The notes under the pieces were generated by a model, which worked only from the letters and a program-made list of their open reading frames with translations, did no database searches and had not been told where the DNA came from. DNA of 64,000 bases from an uncultured Gammaproteobacteria bacterium. GTDB lineage: Bacteria; Patescibacteriota; Microgenomatia; CAZETR01; Amesbacteraceae. The stretch spans positions 360,409 through 424,408 of the forward strand of contig CAZFGX010000001.1 in the NCBI GenBank assembly GCA_964518565.1, in the 5' to 3' direction. Below, piece by piece: positions 58,802 to 64,000 of this stretch. Numbering within the stretch: the stretch's first letter is position 1; each line of letters opens with the position of its first letter. Both the position numbers and the translations under genes were made by a program.

Positions 58802-59051
58802 ATTTACCTTCCATTTGTTCAACCTAATTTCTGCCGATATCCATAGTCGCAACTATGTCATCTCAGTCACAGAATCCCCATTCGGTCAGGTGGGAACCAA
58901 AAAAGCCCAAAATTTAGGCACTTTTGCTTCCCACCTGGAATATGTAATTATTGTCTGTTAAAGAGCTAAATATAGCCTCAAATTAGCCATGTTTCGCATT
59001 GAATCTAGGCCAACAGATCTATATCCTATAGTATAGCACATTTTTGCCTGC

Positions 59052-59080
59052 TTGGCAACTTGTCAGCCTGGGTGTATATA
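59052..59080 (+). promoter_or_regulatory. sigma70-like promoter TTGGCA-17-TATATA
   Basis: ATG at 59089 only about 8 nt downstream, suggesting a leaderless/short-leader mRNA; ATCCTATAGTAT motif 20 nt upstream. Confidence 0.45.
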
Positions 59081-59088
59081 TAGGACAA

Positions 59089-59406
59089 ATGGTAGAGTGC
59101 CCTGTGGCCAAATACCTGAAACCAGACATGAAATACGCTCTAGAGATAGGCGTAGGGACAGCCTACCAAACCGGCCGAAACGTCCACTATACTTCCGATC
59201 CCATTCGTACTGAATGCACAGCCTGTCCTTTCTCAGATACTGTAGTGATCTCTGTAGAATGTACTACTGGTGTAGAAATCGCTGCCTCAGTCAGATCCGA
59301 AAAATCAACTGATATTTGTGAAACAGGTAACCAAGCACTGGGTATGGTAATCCAAAAATTTATTCACGATGAATTTGTAGCTCCACAAAACGCTCATAAC
59401 AACTAA
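59089..59406 (+). CDS. small Cys-rich hypothetical protein (105 aa)
   Basis: in-frame ATG downstream of promoter; ORF track extends to a TTG at 59044. Confidence 0.4.
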   Translation: MVECPVAKYLKPDMKYALEIGVGTAYQTGRNVHYTSDPIRTECTACPFSDTVVISVECTTGVEIAASVRSEKSTDICETGNQALGMVIQKFIHDEFVAPQNAHNN

Positions 59407-59412
59407 ATTCCA

Positions 59413-59450
59413 CAAAAAAAGCGCCTGTGGATCTTTAGGATCCGCAAGCG
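59413..59450 (-). terminator. rho-independent terminator (about 12-bp stem, U7 on minus strand)
   Basis: GCGCCTGTGGATC...GATCCGCAAGCGC hairpin with plus-strand A7 upstream; between convergent genes. Confidence 0.6.
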
Positions 59451-59459
59451 CAAACGAAA

Positions 59460-59756
59460 CTATTGAAAAGCCTTGTGCTGTACAAAGCCTTCACCAGGAT
59501 GCCAGCCAGCTGTCAAACAGCTTTGAAAGGCATGCACCCTTTTTTCAAAATTAGGGATAGAAGGGAATTGTAGGCAGTCAGGATGAAAGACAACCTGATC
59601 TGCTGCGGGTAAAATAGCTACTACTTGAGGGTCTGCATGTTCATCGCGAAAAAAGTTTTCATGCACCCAAAAACCCTTGACCCAAAAGTACCAAATATTA
59701 CCTACTCGAATAGCGGAACCTTCCTCGGGTAAAACAGTTGCAAAACGCATAGTCAT
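59460..59756 (-). CDS. hypothetical protein (98 aa)
   Basis: ORF followed by terminator. Confidence 0.45.
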   Translation of the reverse strand: MTMRFATVLPEEGSAIRVGNIWYFWVKGFWVHENFFRDEHADPQVVAILPAADQVVFHPDCLQFPSIPNFEKRVHAFQSCLTAGWHPGEGFVQHKAFQ

Positions 59757-59761
59757 CCTCC

Positions 59762-60202
59762 TTAACCTTGAAATGTATCAAAAATTGGCACACTGTGTTT
59801 AATGTCCAATAATTCTTTAGGCCTGAATTTAGCAACTATCGCACGAAGTCGAGTTGACATAATTTCCACAAAAACAGGGATATTGTTTGTCATCCACAGT
59901 AAGTTCACCGTCTGTGTAAACAAATATGTTCCATACCCCTTACCACGAAACTCAGGCTTAATATAAATTGCCGAAATTGAAGTGAGTGGCAACTCTGACA
60001 CCAAGGTTTGCTCAACCTTTCCTAGTAAGCACACGCCAATCAACACATTATCTAGATATAGACCAGTACCTGAATCAAGACTTTGAATCAAAATATCCTG
60101 ACTAAATAGCAGTCTTTTCACATGACTATCGGGGAGTTTTGCAATCCACATCAAGAGTTGTTCTTTAGATACTGGATACACGATATATGTGCTCATATCC
60201 AT
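59762..60202 (-). CDS. GNAT-family N-acetyltransferase
   Basis: motif A IYIKPEFRGKGYGTYLF. Confidence 0.7.
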   Translation of the reverse strand: MDMSTYIVYPVSKEQLLMWIAKLPDSHVKRLLFSQDILIQSLDSGTGLYLDNVLIGVCLLGKVEQTLVSELPLTSISAIYIKPEFRGKGYGTYLFTQTVNLLWMTNNIPVFVEIMSTRLRAIVAKFRPKELLDIKHSVPIFDTFQG

Positions 60203-60216
60203 CCTCCTTATCTTGT

Positions 60217-60684
60217 CTAAAAATCATTCAACAAATCGAAATTGATTGATGCTGGCTCAACGTGAACCAGATCGGTTGTAAAGAGAGCCAGAATTCTGGA
60301 AAGACTGCGAGAACCAGCGGTCACATGAATAGGCGTCAATTTCATAGAATCACAAATCTCTAGTGTCAGTTGTAATAAAAATGTTCCATAGCCTTTGCCA
60401 CGAAATTCTGGAATTACATAGATTGCCGAAATACGGGGTATTTCGCGTGCAATAATTGCCGTCACGCCTACGAGTCGATCATCTACATATAACCCCGTTG
60501 CGCCATCCATAATGCCCAATGTTTCAGGGGAAAATAGTTTCAGTGTCAAAGGTGTGCGACGCAGACCCTTTACCCAGCCGTGAAATTCCGAAGTGCTCAA
60601 ATAGGTTACTCGAGCAGACATAAAGCCTCCTAAATCCAAATTTGAAAGGTACTCTCGCACAATTAGCCTCATGCAAGAGCCCAT
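60217..60684 (-). CDS. GNAT-family N-acetyltransferase (paralog of 59762..60202)
   Basis: motif A IYVIPEFRGKGYGTFLL; shared LVGV...I block with neighbour. Confidence 0.7.
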   Translation of the reverse strand: MGSCMRLIVREYLSNLDLGGFMSARVTYLSTSEFHGWVKGLRRTPLTLKLFSPETLGIMDGATGLYVDDRLVGVTAIIAREIPRISAIYVIPEFRGKGYGTFLLQLTLEICDSMKLTPIHVTAGSRSLSRILALFTTDLVHVEPASINFDLLNDF

Positions 60685-60710
60685 AGTATACTCTCTTCTA
60701 ATCCAAAACT

Positions 60711-61424
60711 CTACTCTTCATCTGGGTCAAAACTCCGAATCGTAGTCTCAAAAGGACTTTCTTGAGCCATATTGGCATTATCTTTACTCAAAAGCATTTT
60801 TACCCTTTGGCCAAAATCTTCAAATTTTGCTTTTATCTGATTTGTTTTTTCACTCACAGCTTTCTTTCCAAAAAATAAAGCCAGCTTAGGTATAGCTTCC
60901 CAGCGATTTACCACCATAGTTTTTTCGACCACCTGATCTCTAAAAGGAACAGTCATATGAAATGGTAAGACTTTCCACCCAGGCATTTTTTCCACAGTAT
61001 CAACCAAATCTTTGGTAATAAACAAACTTACTGGAATAGGCGAGTCAACCAATTCTTTCATGAGTCGATATCCTCCTCTGAGAGTTTTTGGGGCAAAGTG
61101 GGTCGGGACAAATACGCCATCCACCGAACTGCCTAGTAAATATCCATCCTTATCTGCTCCGTATGCCAATGATTCATTATAATTTCCGTGATTAAAAAAA
61201 TGATTCTCAAAACTGTTTTGATTCAACGGCTCTCGGCCTCTTCGTTCAATCGCCGCTGCATAGTATTCATAAATCTCTTCCATTAATAAATATTGTTCAC
61301 GATTTGTTAGACCATGTAAAAGTTCTGTTGTCGTAGTCAAACGATTTTTACTCAATTGCTTTTCTGCTGCCAGATCATGTTCTGAAAAACTATTACCTTC
61401 AGCCATACTTTTTAAGTATAGCAA
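60711..61424 (-). CDS. hypothetical protein (237 aa), possibly GNAT-fold
   Basis: RGGYRLMKEL resembles the GNAT motif A R/QxxGxG/A element; otherwise unrecognised. Confidence 0.45.
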   Translation of the reverse strand: MLYLKSMAEGNSFSEHDLAAEKQLSKNRLTTTTELLHGLTNREQYLLMEEIYEYYAAAIERRGREPLNQNSFENHFFNHGNYNESLAYGADKDGYLLGSSVDGVFVPTHFAPKTLRGGYRLMKELVDSPIPVSLFITKDLVDTVEKMPGWKVLPFHMTVPFRDQVVEKTMVVNRWEAIPKLALFFGKKAVSEKTNQIKAKFEDFGQRVKMLLSKDNANMAQESPFETTIRSFDPDEE

Positions 61425-61429
61425 AGCAC

Positions 61430-61456
61430 AAAAAAAGCGCCGGGGTCACCGGCGCT
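61430..61456 (-). terminator. rho-independent terminator (GCGCCGG/CCGGCGC stem + U7 on minus strand)
   Basis: perfect 7-bp GC stem, 5-nt loop, plus-strand A7 at 61430-61436. Confidence 0.65.
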
Positions 61457-61515
61457 AAAAGATAAATCAATTTAGTCAAAAACATTTCGCATTGAAATTA
61501 TTTCAACTAAATAGA

Positions 61516-61950
61516 TCATTGCCCAAACAATGGGCGGACATACTGGACAAAAATCCACCCCGACAGATACGCAATGCTCACGATTGCTTGAAAAATCGTC
61601 AACAGTTTTAGCCACATTGGTGGCACGACATTATCTGTCAACATTTTTTCCGCATACTCCAGATACCACAACAGATTGGCGACATGTGTCGAAGCAAATA
61701 TTGCCACATACACTTTCAGCCAGACCGGAGCAGGGACAAAAACAATCACCCCAGCGCGAATAATCGCTGAAGCCAGAGACTTAAACAGATGCCCCACCTC
61801 TTTTGGACCACCTGTAGCGATAATCTTGCCCTTGTAGCCATGTTTGGCTACCCAGTCTTCAAAATATCGTCCCTTGTGACCAATTTGTTCAGCCAAATAC
61901 ACGGCCTGATTCAAAATCACCAAAACAGCCAATACCAGTAACATATCCAT
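61516..61950 (-). CDS. hypothetical membrane protein (144 aa)
   Basis: 3-4 hydrophobic helices. Confidence 0.5.
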   Translation of the reverse strand: MDMLLVLAVLVILNQAVYLAEQIGHKGRYFEDWVAKHGYKGKIIATGGPKEVGHLFKSLASAIIRAGVIVFVPAPVWLKVYVAIFASTHVANLLWYLEYAEKMLTDNVVPPMWLKLLTIFQAIVSIAYLSGWIFVQYVRPLFGQ

Positions 61951-61968
61951 GCCTCCTAAATAGAAGAT

Positions 61969-62247
61969 CTAATATCGTACGACTCGTCGCCGCAAACCTG
62001 GCCGTACCGGCGAGATTAGTGTATCAGTCAACATCGGATCTATCTCCACCTGCTTCACCTCAAAACCTTCCAAGGTGACTGTGGCATGTACAGTGTACGC
62101 AGATCGATTAAGATTTGAATATCCTGTGACATGATAGGTGGTTTGACTTGGCGAAAGTTTTCGCAAGAACAAAATATATTCTGGTATACCATGACCCAAA
62201 TCAATCATTTTTTGAATCACAGCTCGCATTGAATGAGAAATTTTCAT
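61969..62247 (-). CDS. hypothetical protein (about 92 aa)
   Basis: ORF; start moved to internal Met (MKISH) to give a 4-nt overlap with the upstream gene. Confidence 0.35.
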   Translation of the reverse strand: MKISHSMRAVIQKMIDLGHGIPEYILFLRKLSPSQTTYHVTGYSNLNRSAYTVHATVTLEGFEVKQVEIDPMLTDTLISPVRPGLRRRVVRY

Positions 62248-62621
62248 ACCGTCTCCCGTAAAAAATCCTGGATATCTGGCCAATGATGTGGCGGCTCATC
62301 ACCAACCACACCTAGCTGCTTCAACTCATCTGCCACATCGCTCATTGTGCCGTCTGCGTGATTCACGGCATTGTGCCGACAATATCGCCATAGGGCAACA
62401 GCACGCGAATCAGTGGGTGGAATTTCGCCATTGCGAATTTGATTTAACACCGCCTGATCCACATCCGACCATCCAGCGTAATCCAACGCAATCCAATCTC
62501 TATCGTGTCTTCGTATCTCATATTCCCTCCATTCGAATGAAAACATCACGAGATTCAGCAAGTACGGAATTGAACCGTCAGTATCTAACACTAGATACCT
62601 GCCACCAGGCCAGCTGCACAA
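62244..62621 (-). CDS. hypothetical protein (125 aa)
   Basis: ORF, GC about 53%; antisense ORF of equal length is low-complexity and rejected. Confidence 0.4.
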   Translation of the reverse strand: MCSWPGGRYLVLDTDGSIPYLLNLVMFSFEWREYEIRRHDRDWIALDYAGWSDVDQAVLNQIRNGEIPPTDSRAVALWRYCRHNAVNHADGTMSDVADELKQLGVVGDEPPHHWPDIQDFLRETV

Positions 62622-62788
62622 ACAACATACGTCTACGTATTATTTATCTGCAACTTATCGATTGATACTCTCAGATCACATTTGCACGCTTCCTTCTGAA
62701 ATTTTTTCAGCTAGTACGCTATGAATGTGTTCTTCAGCGAGTATAAACCGCATCGTATTTTACTCTAGGACAAATAATACATATTCGA

Positions 62789-63133
62789 TTAGGCGTTCAC
62801 AGTCCAGATTCCAAATGCAAATGTTGCATTCGCAATCTGTTCGTCATTGTACTGTGCGGTGCCTTCCAATCTAGGAAGACCTCGGACAGACAAGACGATT
62901 ATCGAGTCTCCGACCCGCAAAGACACTTTCGGTGCCCCAACGGTCGAAATCTCAATACTGTGTTTAGCTTGCAAAGCAGCCAAAGTATTTGCATGGCTTG
63001 CGTTACAACAGGAAACAGCAGTTTTACTCAATTGCCGCACCTCTTCGACCGAAAGTGGTCGCCGAGATATAGCCGCATTTAAGTCAAACATGCTATCACC
63101 AATCGCCAAACCGATATATGTTGTTCCAGACAT
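62789..63133 (-). CDS. hypothetical protein (114 aa)
   Basis: strong RBS AGGAGGGA; promoter TTGAAA-17-TATTTT with ATCCTATAGTAT motif on minus strand at 63224-63235. Confidence 0.45.
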   Translation of the reverse strand: MSGTTYIGLAIGDSMFDLNAAISRRPLSVEEVRQLSKTAVSCCNASHANTLAALQAKHSIEISTVGAPKVSLRVGDSIIVLSVRGLPRLEGTAQYNDEQIANATFAFGIWTVNA

Positions 63134-63353
63134 CCGTCCCTCCTAACTAAAAAAAGATTGTAAACGTTCGAGTGAGGCCAAAATCCTCCCTCTCAAAATA
63201 CCATATTTCACCAACTATTTCAATACTATAGGATAAAAATACAACCAAAAAAGCGCATGAAGCCGACTGCGATTTTATTCTCTCTTTTGGCCTGTCCTCC
63301 AAAAAAGTAAAATCACAGACAGCGTCATGCGCTCTTAAATAATTATCAATTTC

Positions 63354-63391
63354 AAAAAAAGTGGAGAGATGGGGCGTACCCATCTCTCCAC
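63354..63391 (-). terminator. rho-independent terminator (perfect 12-bp stem GTGGAGAGATGG/CCATCTCTCCAC + U7 on minus strand)
   Basis: hairpin 63361-63391 with plus-strand A7 63354-63360. Confidence 0.7.
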
Positions 63392-63491
63392 AAACTAACA
63401 AAACAGATTTTTCATAGAAATTTCACGCAAAAAGTGAACTCTATAAAAAGTCTGTCATTTACGCATCGAGCATTCAAAAGCAGAATTTTGA

Positions 63492-63908
63492 TTACTGGCG
63501 TTGTGATTTGCGTTGAGCCACCATTGGCTCAGACACCCACTCGACCCAAGCCTTGAGTAGACCTGAGCGTAATGCAGTCAACAAATCTAGACTACCACCG
63601 CCCACATATCCGACTGCTATCGAGCTTGAGTCAGGGTCGGCGCTACTCGGATTGTGGGAAACTGTATAGGTCGTCCCTTCAAAACCGAAGTAACGGGTTT
63701 GATCATCAAACTGGTAATTACGAGTTTGTGAAGCTATTGCACCCCACAACTCTCGAATTTCGGCTTGCTCTCGAGCGAATCGAGTGCGTATTTCTTCAAA
63801 TCTAGACTGGTTCATTTCGACTCTTTGAGTCGGAATGAACCTGACCATACCAAAAGCAGGATACGCAAAGTCTCCATAAATGCCTTCGATCGTCGAAGAA
63901 GTAATCAC
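63492..63908 (-). CDS. hypothetical protein (138 aa)
   Basis: GTG start overlapping (ATGTGA) the stop of an upstream partial ORF. Confidence 0.45.
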   Translation of the reverse strand: MITSSTIEGIYGDFAYPAFGMVRFIPTQRVEMNQSRFEEIRTRFAREQAEIRELWGAIASQTRNYQFDDQTRYFGFEGTTYTVSHNPSSADPDSSSIAVGYVGGGSLDLLTALRSGLLKAWVEWVSEPMVAQRKSQRQ

Positions 63909-64000
63909 ATTTCCGCGCTCTCTAGTATGTAACGAGTCCTCCCGTTCTCGTCTATCTTGTTGTGCTTGTTCCAGAGATTTGGCGTCAAACCCATAACCTC
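63905..64000 (-). CDS. 3' end of a hypothetical gene continuing beyond the window
   Basis: open frame to window edge, stop TGA at 63905-63907. Confidence 0.25.
   Translation of the reverse strand, partial: EVMGLTPNLWNKHNKIDENGRTRYILESAEM

Noticed and set aside
62288-63146. Plus-strand ORFs 62288-62665 and 62847-63146 mirroring the minus-strand genes
   Set aside because: His/Arg/Pro-rich low-complexity translations. The minus-strand alternatives have RBSs and fit the co-directional operon.
63147-63401. 84-aa minus-strand ORF
   Set aside because: It overlaps the predicted promoter (TTGAAA ... ATCCTATAGTAT motif) of gene 62789-63133 and the region between two terminators, and has no RBS. Probably non-coding.

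Overview
The window reads as a low-GC (about 40%) streamlined bacterial chromosome segment. The gene content and architecture resemble Candidate Phyla Radiation / Saccharibacteria-like genomes; this is inferred from the sequence, not database-verified. Core housekeeping genes are interleaved with many small hypothetical and membrane proteins: a gatA-MFS-gatB block, a MazG-like gene, dnaE, rplS, a GT39/ArnT-like glycosyltransferase and an ABC-F ATPase. Two tRNAs are present, tRNA-Lys(TTT) and tRNA-Glu(TTC), with a partial tRNA-Glu 5' duplicate. Further along are a secreted clan GH-A glycoside hydrolase divergent from a GT2 synthase carrying a C-terminal LysM domain, and a CPBP protease next to a PAS/HAMP histidine kinase with a single-domain receiver. 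An energy-metabolism block follows: pyk, the F1Fo ATP synthase genes atpBEFHAGDC, ruvC, pgi-ppsA-eno-[DUF559]-gpmI, then rsmI, dedA, lexA and uvrB. No rRNA, CRISPR array, transposase or integrase was found. Five things are worth a second look. The first is a 2096-aa cytoplasmic giant ORF (51203-57493) with internal roughly 40-aa 'TGI' repeats, flanked by a small acidic protein and a small downstream ORF. The second is two cassettes of small membrane-protein genes (about 24.9-27.3 kb) driven by near-identical duplicated sigma70-like promoters and 5' leaders, bracketed by inverted copies of an AAATTGCGGATTT / AATCCGCA(A/G)TT motif that also recurs right after the stop codons of other operon-terminal genes. 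The third is a recurring promoter-associated near-palindrome ATCCTATAGTAT (8 copies). The fourth is two higher-GC (about 50%) blocks of unknown small genes, one immediately downstream of tRNA-Lys (10.8-12.6 kb) and one at 57.8-64 kb containing a TRAM-domain gene and three GNAT-fold genes. The fifth is a DUF559 endonuclease-like gene precisely bounded by two G/C-rich perfect palindromes and a poly-G tract, inserted between eno and gpmI.
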